Source of the DNA: Dicyema japonicum
Lineage: Eukaryota > Animalia > Dicyemida
Assembly: GCA_011109175.1 (NCBI GenBank)
Contig: RDEW01000067.1
Coordinates: 62,001 to 126,000, forward strand
Length of the DNA: 64,000 nt
Reading direction: 5' to 3'
The position numbers and the translations under genes are program-made. The first letter of the stretch is position 1. Each line of letters begins with the position of its first letter. A model generated the notes under the pieces. That model worked only from the letters and a program-made list of their open reading frames with translations, had not been told where the DNA came from and did not search any database. This document shows positions 15,518-27,508 of the stretch, in pieces.

Positions 15518-18447
15518 CTTAATTCAATAACTCTAACACTAAATCAAAATAATTACCCTCTTAAGTACCAATAACTGTTCTGAATAGTCCCCCATGGATA
15601 AGTCCTCAATTCCGACAGTTTTCTGGGCATAAAGAAATCAAGGAGTCGAGAGGTTGAACTGATGCAGATCTGGTGGCCTATACCTCTCTTCCTTTTCTTA
15701 TGGACTCAGGAGACACTGGAAACTTCAAGTTTTGGAATAAATGAGCACAAGATTTACTGAAGTTTGGGTAAGAATCCCGTCTGGGTAAATTGGGGGAACT
15801 TGGATAAGAACCTGCCTTGAGTAGAACAAGGGAATTATTAGTTATCAATTCTCGTATTCGGAGTCTAGTCTCATAAGGGCCTCCAGAGGCGTAGGTCCGG
15901 TTCGGTTATCTTCACAAATCCAACGCTCCGTTACTCTGTAAGCCCTCTTTTGCATTTCCTCAATATGGACGGTCCCCACGAGGCGCATGCATATGAGAAA
16001 CATGACTCGGTGTACTGTTTGTACACGTTCATCAGGACCGGGTGAGTACCACTCTTCCATATTCCCGATAAACTTTTCAATACGTTCAGTTTCTTATCTC
16101 ATTTCAATAGAATGTTTTCTACATGTGGTGTCAAACAGAGATCCATATCAACAGTCGCACCCAAGATCCTTTGATCGTCGCGGGAATAAATGAGCACATG
16201 ATTAGAGTAATAATTATTTTTAATAATAGGATTAATCTTAGAAATAATAATTATATGTAAAAGTCATATTGCACAATGGTCGAGATAGGTTCTCTGTGAC
16301 GACCTGGAGAGATACGACGTATCTATTGGGTGCCTACAAGACACGAAAGTTACTTGTAGCCTTGATGAGAACTATGGCGAATATCAAATATATGTCTACC
16401 GAGTGACTCAAAATATTATGGACTTGGATTTGCTATCCACTCAAAGTTGACAAGTGCAGTCCACCGTATATGGAGTGTGAATGACAGGATCTGTGTTATA
16501 CAAATCCGACTAAACGACTTACCTCCTTCGAAGAACTTTCTGAGAATTATAAATGTTTATGCGCAACACTGCAGGAGAGTAGAGAAAGATCCGACAAAAC
16601 TAGACGACTTCTATTCAGCACTGTTACGGACGTACAACAAATATGAGTCGTCATCACTAATACTCATTGCTGGGATTTGAATGCAAAAATCGGGATGAAG
16701 AATAACCCGGATGATGTTTTCTTGGGAGAACATGGACGTGGAATAAGAAACCTACCCGGGACAATACTTGGTCACTTTTGTATGGCAAACAACCTTTTCC
16801 TATGCAATACTGCATTTACGCATCCTGCTTGCTACAAAACTACGTGGATGGGGAAGCGAAGGAACTCAGAGGAAAGCTGGTCCCAATATACAACCAACTA
16901 GATTATGTCATATGCCGGGCTAATGACAAACACCTTCTAGTAAACGCACGTTCATATGAAGGCTTGACGACTGTCAGCGACCACAAGATGGTTATTGCGA
17001 TCTTCACCATGAAAAAACATGCCATCAAATACATGCCAAAAATCACGATTTTGAGAAAATCAGAGGCAACTACGCGACTGAAAGGCTGATTTTCAACCGG
17101 AGACTACTGAGAGATATCAACAATACATTCAGACTCATATGCAGGACGTATTGGCGGATACTCGTTAGGAGACGCCTGGAAACACAAAGGATATCAACGA
17201 AGCTGCGAGTCATGTCTTGACGAAAGGGAGAATAGTAAAATGCACCTGAAGGCTACTTATTTAGATGTTCCTGTGCTTGCAAAAAGTTTAAAAGAAATAA
17301 ACATGAGAAAATCAAATGCCACTGATGCTAATACGAGAAAAGCCCTTCAGGGCGAAAGGCAACGTATCAGAAGAAAAATAACAAACCGAAGTCGACTAAC
17401 CATAAAAAACGAGAACGGTAAGCTGATACTGAACACCGAAGAACAAACTGAAGCTATCGCGGCTCACTTTGAGAGCTTTTCAACATAAAACCATAGAAAT
17501 CCACCCATTTGATGGATGGCCAAGAACCCTGGAGATACCAATCACGCCCCAGGAAATCAAAACGACCTACCGAAAAGTCAAGAATAGCAGAACTCTTGGA
17601 CCAGACATAATAGATTCCGAACAACTAAAATACGGACCCCACTGCCAGCATGACAAAATTGCAAATACTACTAAATGGAATTTTCTACCAACTGCACTCT
17701 ACCTTTAGTGGGACTAACAATCCTCATAAAAAATCAACAAACCAGAGGACCGCTTGAAAATTTGCGACCCATCATACTACTAAATTCATTGCGCAAAGTC
17801 TTGGCAAACATAGTGCTTGAACAAATAAAAGGATCTGCTTACAAATACCTACTAGATGGTCAAAGTGGTTTTCGAAAAGGGAGATCCACATCTATGCGCT
17901 CTGGAGTCACAGTTGGAGGTGTGCAACATATCAAAAATATCCGCAACGCCACCAATATTCTGGGAATTGACCTATCAAGAGCATTTGATACGGTTAACAG
18001 GAGCGGATTTCTTGATGAGTCGAGTCTAAGGATGACCAAATTCTAGTTTTTAACACTGAGCTCCTTGTGAGAGCCGGAAAGACCTATTCAAGAAAATTTG
18101 AAACAAACACGGGTACTCCACAAGGAGACTCCTTTCTCCTCTACTATTCACAATTTATTTAGACGCCGCTATGAGGGAACTTAGACCGTTATACCAAGGA
18201 AAGACGGAAGAAGTGATCTACGAGACGATGTAGACCTAATTTCTGAAGCCAAAGAGGTCCTGGAAAACACATATTAGAAAACGCACCAGATGTACTAGAG
18301 GAAATGGTTTCTTACTGTGAACAGAGAGAAAACAGAATTCAGAGATAAAGGATGAGTAACGTCCTAGAAGAGAAGTGGCAACAAGTAAAGAAACTCGGTT
18401 CACTTATGGGAGATAGAGAAGATATCTTACGTAGGAACACTCTAGCC

Positions 18448-19986
18448 CAGAGGTTGTCAACGGTGTGCCGCAAGACAATTTCTAGTGTGCCGCTTGCCAA
18501 ATACAAATTTGAATAAATTTATATACATTTTTTGACCTAATTAATTTAAAAAGATAAACGAATTAAAATAATTACTAAAATTAACGAATTATTTTTTATT
18601 TATATTAAATGGCATTTACATTGGTTTACCATTATTTACTAATTTTTTAATACGCCCCAGGAAATCAAAAAAAGTGCAAAACTCGGCGCTCAGAATAATA
18701 ACTGGCTGTTTAAAGTCAACCCCCACCGACCATTTACATTGGGAGTCGAAAATCCTCCCGCTCTATGACCACCTGGAAATGCGTAATTTACAATTCCTAC
18801 GGCAGTCGTTCGACCCGAATCACCCAGTTCACGCTTTGCTAAGTAACAATAACCGCAGATACATACGCAGGACCCTCTTTGACCTACAAAGAGCCTTGTC
18901 GAAGATCACCCCCCCTCAAGAAGACTCAACTTGGACCCGCCGAATCCATGATTTTATCTCAACACGGGCCATTAGGACACTTCAATATAACAAAGTCTTG
19001 GAGCGCTTCCCCCCGGATATCAGTCCAACGGAACAATCGCTCCCGAGGAAGATCAGAATCGGACTGGCTCGCCTACGGTGTGGACACCACCCTTTTCTGG
19101 CTGGCAGAGTAGTTCGAGACCTTTTTCCCTGCCCTGGACCACCGGATGCAAAAGTCGAGGATCTCTGGGAGCGGCCTGTCCGGACTGCACGCTCTTTGAT
19201 GGTCGCCGGCTTCCCACTTGCTGGCGAAGCCGGGGTTAATTTAATTTAATTTAATTTAATTTTTTAATAACGTGCGCATCAACGTGCTTATGAGTAAATC
19301 AGTTCGTCGTTCTTATAAAAATTCTTATTTGTCATTTGGATTTATATGCAAAGATAAAAAATAAACTACCTCAATGTCTAATTTGCATTGAAGTCTCGGC
19401 AAATGATGCTATGGTACCTAGCAAACTAAAGAGACATTTTACTTCCAAGCATCCGGACTATTCCGAAAAATCTGTGGATTATTTTATCCATTTAAAAAAC
19501 AACTTAAGTATTATTTGGTTTTTATTATGAATCGTAGATCTAGTCAAATTACGTTCAGTGAAACTTTTTAAACACAAAGGAATCATTGGAATGTTCATAC
19601 CTGATCTCAAAATTGATAGCAAATCAAACTAAAAACCTCACATTATTGGCGAAAACTTGATAATCCCTGCTTGTCGTATTATTGCTCGGATTATGTTTGG
19701 TCATACATATGAACAAAAATAATGAAGATACCTTTGTCAGATAATACTGTTTTTTCGTCGGATTTGTTCTGAAATGCGGGTGGCTTTGTCACCCATTCGA
19801 CCTGATATTGATGATATATGCAAAAACAATAATAATAATTAAAAATTCATTTTTATTAATAAAAATTCGGGCATTAAATTACCAATTTTTGTACTTAGTT
19901 TTACACATCTTAAATTTTTTTAATGTGTGCCGTGGATTATTTTTTTACGATTAGTGTGCCGCGAGAATTATTTTTGAAAAGCTCTG
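18448..19986 (+). mobile_element. hAT (Buster/Charlie-type) DNA transposon, internally deleted
   Basis: Termini CAGAGGTTGTCAA / CAGAGCTTTTCAA (rc). 8-bp TSD CTCTAGCC (18440-18447, 19987-19994) with the central TA typical of Buster. PQCLIC..MVPSKLKRHFTSKH (BED-like), KPHIIGENLIIP and IPLSDNTV remnants. Confidence 0.9.
18653..19256 (+). mobile_element. 5'-truncated LINE inserted inside the Buster element
   Basis: QNSALRIITGC..TPTDHLH, LARLRCGHH; (TTAAT)n tail; 13-bp TSD TAATTTTTTAATA (18640-18652 / 19257-19269). Confidence 0.85.
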
Positions 19987-20779
19987 CTCTAGCCAATGTG
20001 CGCTATATTAACTGAAGAATCTATGGCTCAATCAAAGGTATCGACACAAATTAGAGAATCCTATTATACGACTCATTCATAAAACCTGTACTTTTATATA
20101 ACGCTGGAATTTTGGCGACCTCATCAGCGGATATGGAAAGACTAGACTCGTTCCACCGAGGTCAGCTGAGAAAAATAACAGGAACTACTTGGCCTACGAG
20201 AATATCGAGGAATGCTTTATATAAGAGATGCAGCACTAGATCTATCAGCTTAGAAGTACTGGAATCCAGATGGAAGCTTTTCGGACACGTGCTGAGGATG
20301 GAATTAACATCCCCACCGAACATATCTATGGAAAAATAATATGTTAGTCAAGAAGGCCGCTATCGTGGAAGATCTAGAACAACACTGCCAATAGTTTTAC
20401 AAAAAGACCTGGTCAATATTAAAAGAAATCTAAAAAACGCCGACGACCTGGACAACATGAGAGCCTTGGCTAGGAACAGGGGAGCATGGAAAAAGATGAC
20501 ATCTAACCTTGTTTTTTTTGCTGCACATGCGGGGCTATAATTAGTATGGCTCTCGTAAAGTGCTTAAATAATAATAATAATGCACGACGATGTGACGACG
20601 TGAGTCCTATTTTTGTGATGTACCAAATGAGAGATTTCAGACATATCTGATTGACCTAAAAGGTATAAAATTATTTTATTTCCAAGGCTTAAAATGAGAA
20701 TGGTCATCTTTCCTGGTTGTTATCATTGATTGAAGTCTATTCCATATATGCCATTACAAGGAATCTTAAAAATTTTATT

Positions 20780-23700
20780 TATTTAACCCAAGAACACCAA
20801 TAGTTAATTTAATTGTATTAAACTAATTAGGTGATCCCGGCCGCCTCCATCAGGTCTCTCATCTTTTTCCGGTGGACCTTCCGAGATCCAACACAGCTTC
20901 TCTGAGGACGGGAGGGTTTTGAAAGAAATACAAGAGGGGTGATGTAAAGTCTTCTAGTAAGACCCAATCCATTGGAGCATTGTAGGAAGTTGGATTTTCG
21001 GCACAGAGCGGCGAATCCCTTCCCATTTTGTCCGATAAGGTCTTCCAGAGAGGTGGGTGTGAGACTGACTGTTCTCACGAGCTTGCCGATAGTTGTAGCT
21101 GATAGGGACTGAATATCACTGATTTTCTGTTTGTTCGTCCAGGATAGGTTGATTCCCCAAGACGCACAGGCGTAGCTGATAGATGGCTCAATGAATTGTT
21201 TATGTAGTAGTTTCAATGCTGGGAAAGGGGTTCTGATGCCACCAAAAATAGATTTGATCAAACCAAGCTTTCTTGAGCAGGTTCCGGAGATATATTCGAC
21301 ATGAGGGGAGAAGGTCATGTGCGTGTCAAAGGCGACTCCTAAGATTTTCAATTTCTTCGTAAAAGGTATTTTAGTTTGGTTGATAAATAAATCAACGGTC
21401 ATTCTTCCAAGACGTTTGTCTGAGGTAAATAGGGATGTGGAGGACTTCTCAGGAGATATATCAAGTCTGTTGGAGATTAACCAATTTTGAATCACGTGTA
21501 GTTGTTTTTGAACTCTTTCTGAGGCTTTTAGGAGATCCTGGTCACGGGATCCAATTAGAATGTCATCAGCATAGGAGAGGAGAAGATCGTCTTTATCAAC
21601 TGATCGTGGCAAATCGGACATAAAAAGGTTGAATAAGGCGGGGACAAAGGAGAGCCTTGCGGAACACCATTGGGAAGTAGTCTCGAAAGTGATTTGGTCC
21701 CATTCATACAAACCCGGGCCCTTCTCCCGCTGAGGAAATTCGAAAGCCAGAGTTTTAGATTGGGGTTAATAGAGTCCAAATAATTTCCTGGTTAAGATTT
21801 TCCTGGAGACAGAGTCAAAGGCTTTACGCAGATCCACAGAGCAGACGATGGTTTTGAGGTGACGAGGACTTGAGTTGAAGCCATCAAGGATAAATTGATT
21901 GAGAGAAGTAAGGTGGGTGGACGTTGAATAGAACTTTCTGAAGCCATGTTGAGAGGAACTGAAGGGAAGGGACGGGAAATGAGATCAAGTACCAGTTTTT
22001 CCAATAATTTTGAAAATGAACATAATAGAGAAATTGGTCGGTATGAAGCGGGATTGTTTTTGTCCTAGCCAGGTTTTGGTATTGGGCGTATGTAGGAAAG
22101 TTTCCAAATCGTAGGGATGGAATTCATGTTTAAAGAATAGTTGAAAATAAGGGAGATTACCTCAATAGTAACCGGTCAAAGGTGTTTGAGAAGTATTAAA
22201 AGGATGCCGTCTTGACCACAAGAGCGGGAGGGATTAATCAACTTCAAGCCTTCGAATACGTTTGAATGAGAAATAAAGGTGATCGGCAGGATTTTTTTAG
22301 GTCTCATCGATAACAAAGAAGGTCCATCTATTTTCTTGAAGGTTTTGTGACTTATACCGGTATAATACTTCATTAGTTTATTTAAGCTGTGTTGGTCTGT
22401 CTTTTGTTTCGAGGTGGAGTTTTCTTTAGGGCCAAGTCTTTTTATTGCCTTCCAGACCATCTGGGCAGATTTCTGAAATGGGAGAGAGCAGATTCGCTTT
22501 TCCCACTTGTTTGCTTCAGCCCTTCTGATCCTTCTTGAAATTTCATCATTGAGAGACTTTGTCTGGGATTTCTGTCCCGGGAGGGGAGGTACGTGTCTTT
22601 TCAAGCGGTTTCTTTTTCTGATTAGTGATTTGGTATTCTGATCCAAAATTTCGTTGTAGTATTTGAACCTTCCACGAGGGATGAATCTACTACGAGCATC
22701 AAGAATTATTTTGTTCAAATGGTCGACGGCCTCATCAATAGAACGGAATATGTTCAAGTCAAAGCAAAGTAGAGCCTGGTCAACATGTTTTGAGTAGCCG
22801 TCCCAATTTGCTTTTTTGTAGTTGAAGAAAGAAACAGTTGTTTTTGGATGATAGAGAAATTTTTTGAATCGAATGATTATTGGATTATGATCGGAGGATA
22901 ATCCGTAATGTACTGTCCATGAAATGTTGGGTTCAAGAGTTGATGAACAGAAAGTGATGTCGGGGATGTAGATTTAATTTATTAACCCCGGATACACCGA
23001 GAAAGAAGTTAAAGTAAACAATTAATTAAGTGTATCAAGTTTCCATTTCTACAGAGTCCATCTGGAATCAGCATAAAAGGTAAGACGTCCATTACATGCA
23101 GTTGTGGAAACCCCTCCAATGGAGTGGGGAAGAGCAAATGATCCTTTTTCGTGCCGGCCTGGCACTGGGCGTTACCTAGACAGGTGGATCACATGACGCC
23201 ACTCTAATAGGAAGAGAGAGGAGGAACAGACAAGCAAGCAGAAAACTTCAATCAATTAACCACGCAGCACCACATGGCGCTACGCGGCCGTTTTTTATCA
23301 TAAATCACCTTCCACCTTCCTTGAATGGAGTTCTCGTGTGCATAGTGGGGCTGTTGAGGATTGTCATGGAGGAGAGTTGGTTTATTAGGGATTGTCCTCT
23401 TGAGTCAGTTGTTTGTGATTTCAACCAGGCAGGGTGCTTTGCATTAAAATCACCACAAAGTATTAGGTTTTCTAGGTTGTTTAGTCTGGATAAGTCCAAC
23501 AAAAATCCTTTCGGGCAAGAGGACGGAGGAGGGACATATATGTTGGCAATTTTGAGAGTACTCGATCAGTTTGATATTGAAATTCCGGAGATTTCTGTGG
23601 TCCCATCGTTAGTTAGCGACTTAAGTTCAGCGGATATGTCAGAATAACGAAGGTTCTTTCTGATGATGGTAAAAAGGCCTCCACCGAGGCGGTTCGGGCG

Positions 23701-24045
23701 ATCTAGGCGGATGCAGTCGAAACCTGGAAAATGAGGAGTAGTCGTGGACTGAGTCAACTTGCTTTCTTGAAGCAGGATCACGTCAATGTTTTGGTTGTTT
23801 GTGAAGGATCGTAATTCGAGAATTTTGCTCTTTATTCCGTTGATGTTAATCTGCAGAATTGAAAGTTGGGGACCTGGGTTGAGCTCGATGTCGCCAGAGA
23901 GTAGTAGAAGGATCCCATTGAGAGTTGATGGGAGAAGAGTTGAAGGAAGCCGTCCGAAGGAACCAACTTCGGATGGGAGTGAGCAAATGGTCCTTTTCCT
24001 AGGTGCATTAGGTGCACCCTGAGCACCTCCAGAAACGTTATTGTT
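20780..24045 (-). mobile_element. APE-type LINE ORF2 (endonuclease + RT), near full length but frameshifted
   Basis: QININGI, LLQESKL, RLDR..GGG, GDFNAKH, SDHNPI; YRPISLL, DLRKAFDSV, GVPQG, SYADD, LGVAFD; ends EAAGIT*. Confidence 0.9.
22972..23300 (-). mobile_element. SINE-like element (copy B) inserted in the LINE endonuclease; carries the pseudoknot at 23139-23200
   Basis: Interrupts the LINE ORF and is highly similar to 25972-26265. Order: TAGCGCCATGTG head, pyrimidine tract, pseudoknot, tail CCGGGGTTAATAAAT. Confidence 0.8.
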
Positions 24046-24089
24046 TTCCAGTTTGATATAATAGATTATTTTCTACATTCATGGATCAC

Positions 24090-24410
24090 TCTCAGCGCTC
24101 GCGACATATTCTTAGGATTATACTTCAAGAATGATTTAGCCAGTTAAATGTACTCCCGCGTTACCGATAAGCATATGAATACTTAGGGTTCCGCTTGTGC
24201 CGTACTCTTCATTATTCGTTCTACCAGTTTTCTCCATGCAGCTCGCACATCTCCGCAATTCACCGAGGGATAATTTCCGTAGCATATATCCCGATCCACC
24301 TTCACCTCTCGTAGGCAGGCCATGCTAACTTTGTATCGTTCCAAATCCATGCATAGATTCCACTGTTACAGAAATAAAGTCCTTCAACGTCACAAAAGTC
24401 CACAGAAACA
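24090..24410 (-). mobile_element. RTE endonuclease fragment
   Basis: DLERYKVSMACLREVK resembles the N-terminal endonuclease region of the RTE at 16270. Confidence 0.5.
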
Positions 24411-24711
24411 GCATAAAATATTGGTCATTGCGTCGCATATAATTAAGAGACATTATTAGAGAAGTGTCAATCTTTCAACCAACCAGAAAAAGTATCATCC
24501 AATATATTCAGCTTCTAAAAGTAAGTTCTTTCACATGGTCATAGTCCCTCGTTTCGAACAGGATTTGAACCCGGATCATATGCGAATCAGAGAGTTATTT
24601 TGTTCGAGTCTTGTTAAGTCTAACTAGTCAGTCTCGCCATTCTTAGTAACTCAGCATGAGGTTAAGTAGATATTTAAATTTTTACTTTAATTACCATTAA
24701 TTAAAAAATTA

Positions 24712-25003
24712 AAATTTATTGAACCAGAAAATCACCGTAATACCTAGAATGAAAAAAAATTCAGGTGATCCCGGCTTTCTTCAACAGCATGCTCAGGCTT
24801 GAAGGAAGTGCCGTGCAGGGGAACTCCTCTGGATGGTTGTTGACCAATGGTCTTTTTTGATTATAATTTAAGACTATATCTGAGGCCACCAGATATGGTA
24901 AACCACATGACGCAAACTAACAATTCGAGCTCACGGAGCCAAAAGGGAAGAGGAGAAACAGAAGAAACAAACAACACACAACACCACACTAACGTTGGCG
25001 CTA
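24712..25003 (-). mobile_element. SINE-like element (copy G) with a divergent pseudoknot (24848-24914) and a LINE-derived tail
   Basis: TAGCGCC head, pyrimidine tract, P2 TGGTTT/AGACCA, P3 ACCA/TGGT. The tail encodes LLKKAGIT* like the LINE 3' end. Confidence 0.7.
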
Positions 25004-25971
25004 ATTACTAATTAGCTTATATCGACTAAAATTGTAGAAATATCAAAGTACATACTTTTCTAGTTGTTTACATGTATTTTACTTAACTTTAAAAGGGATA
25101 ATTTATTACGGAAAATGTGAGAAAATAGTCATATAACTGCCGTCCTGACTGCGTGACTTTTCCCTCTCAGGATGGCGAGCGAGATTCGCGCAAATAACCA
25201 GCAGCGCTCACGGGGGTCTCCTGATCGTGTAGAAATTCGATTCCCTAGACGACTCAAGAATTCAAGCGTCGTAGGCATAAGGGAGCCGGACGTCGGCAAG
25301 TGGAACGAACAAAAAATTGTTGGGTAGGACCGTGTACTTTACCCGTTTTAACCTCTCGACCTTTTCAGGGCAAAACAGGCTCCAGAGGCACTCAGGAATA
25401 GGTTGCAAGGACAAATATGTACGTGCAGGTAACGTTCCAGACACGAGGTTTCGAGGCTTCAAAAGGGACGATTGTCATCCCATCTGGTTGTTTCGTCACG
25501 CCTACAAAACAGACTGGTTCGAGCAAGAGGGTTGTTCGCGGCGTCATGGTCGCCTAGCGACTTCATTCAAAGTCATGTATCTGTGAAATCTGCCTGCACT
25601 CTTCTTTCAGGAGAGAGGGTGTAGGCAAAAACAGTCGATCTGGTCTCCGCATCGGCACGGATGTGGAACACAGACTTTTAATCCCAGTCATAGTGAGATC
25701 CATCATCCAGAAAAGTACCCAAAACTCCACTACGAACGCATTCATTATTCAAAAAAGTCCCCAAAACTCCATTGGGAATGGCATTGAGCCATACAACGCT
25801 CTCGAAGAGACCACGACAATAAACAGGCAAGGCGATGTTGGCTAGATGAAACTAGCAGATCTTCAAAAGAATTCCGGCATATGGCATCATCCAGACCCGC
25901 TGAGAGAACATGGAGGGTAGGGGAAACTGATAGGTGAGACTCCAGGTCTCACGAGCATGACCTTAATTTTT

Positions 25972-26265
25972 GCTTATTTATTAACCCCGGATACACCGAG
26001 AAAGAAGTTAACAGTAAACAGCAATTGAGTAATCCAGTTTCCATTGTTACTTAAACGGAGTCCTTCAACGCCAGCATAAATAATAAAAGACGGCCATTCC
26101 TTGCAGTTGTGGAAACCCCTCCAGTAGTGGGGGAAAGCAAATGATCCCTTTTCGTGCTAGCCTGGAACTGGGCGACACCTGAGGCATGTGGATCACATGA
26201 CGCCACTCGGGTAGGAAGAAGAAAAGGAGGAGTGGATAAAACAAACAGAAAACTTCAACCAATCA
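25972..26265 (-). mobile_element. SINE-like element (copy C); pseudoknot at 26142-26204
   Basis: Close match to copy B, including ATTAACCCCGGATACACCGAGAAAGAAGTTAA on the + strand. Confidence 0.8.
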
Positions 26266-26503
26266 GCCTTTGACACAGTCACGATTATTATTCAACCCAT
26301 TAGCCTTTGACACTCCCTTAAAATTTTGCACTGTCACAATTATTATTATAATAATAACACAGTCACGATTAATGTTGAAAAATTTTTATTTATAGCATTT
26401 TCGAAAAAATAAAAAATATTGCGTTATTTTTTATAAAATTATTAAAATCAATTTAATCATAATACAAAATAAGTAATATATTGTCATTATTCTGCTTGGA
26501 TTC

Positions 26504-27508
26504 ATGTCTAAACTGCTTCCGTCTGAAAAGTCTGTAAAGGGAGTCATCGCTGGTTTGAACATATATCACTACTGTAGGGGGGATTACTGGTGGGATTGAG
26601 ATTTGTATAACTTTCCCGACCGAATACATCAAGACTCAACTCCAATTGGACGAAAGGACTAAGGGAGAACGTAAGTACAAAGGAATCATCGACTGTGGGC
26701 GAAAAACAGTGAAGGAATTTGGAGTTAGAGGCCTTTATAGAGGACTCACGATCCTCGTGTACGGGTCCATTCCAAAATCCTCGGTCAGATTTGGTACTTT
26801 CGAGGAACTAAAAAAACGGATTTTGCCAAACGGGGGAGTTCTTTCTCCTTCTCAACGGCTTTTATGCGGACTCGGTCGAGCATCTTTTTATTGTCAGGGG
26901 CGGGGGTCTGTGAAGCAATTTTCGCCGTTATTCCAATGGAGACGATTAAAGTAAAGTTCATTGACGACCAGCGATCGAAAAATCCTCAATTTCATGGCTT
27001 CTTAAACGGAATAAAACAGATCGTAAAGAAAGAAGGTTATTTTCTATGTAAAGGTTACAGGCCTCGGCGGACTATACAAGGGAGTGACTCCGACTATAAT
27101 GAAGCAAGGATCCAATCAGGCCATCAGATTTTACGTCATGGAAAGCCTGAAACTAAAATACCGGCAATGGCGGGGAGACAAGACCCAGAATGAGCCGATA
27201 AACAAACTCGTGGTGGGACTGATGGGTGGAATTGCTGGAGCTTGTTCAGTATATGGGAATACTCCCCTGGATGTAATAAAGACTCGAATGCAGAGTATAG
27301 ATGCCAATAAGTACAAGAATACCTTGGACTGCTTCCTCAAGATTCTTAGAAATGAGGGAGTCTTTGCGTACTTGGCTATTTTACGGATTTTAGGTTTTAT
27401 AAGGGGACAGTGCCTCGTCTGAGTCGAGTCTGTCTGGATGTTGGGATTACTTTCATGATTTACGACTCAATCATGGAATTTTTTAATTATGTTTGGAAAA
27501 CCGATTAA
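26504..27508 (+). CDS. SLC25A1: Mitochondrial citrate/tricarboxylate carrier
   Basis: [78 protein letters not shown]. Four 23-26 nt GT-AG introns restore one intact frame. Confidence 0.95.

Larger units (their letters stand above)
16270..20580 (+). mobile_element. RTE-clade non-LTR retrotransposon (APE endonuclease + RT), decayed and split by a hAT insertion
   Basis: IINVYA, G(D)LNAKIG, QLDYV, SDH; RPIILLN, QSGFRKGRST, IDLSRAFDTV, GTPQGDS; C-terminal SRWKLFGHVLRM; (TAA)n tail. Confidence 0.9.
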
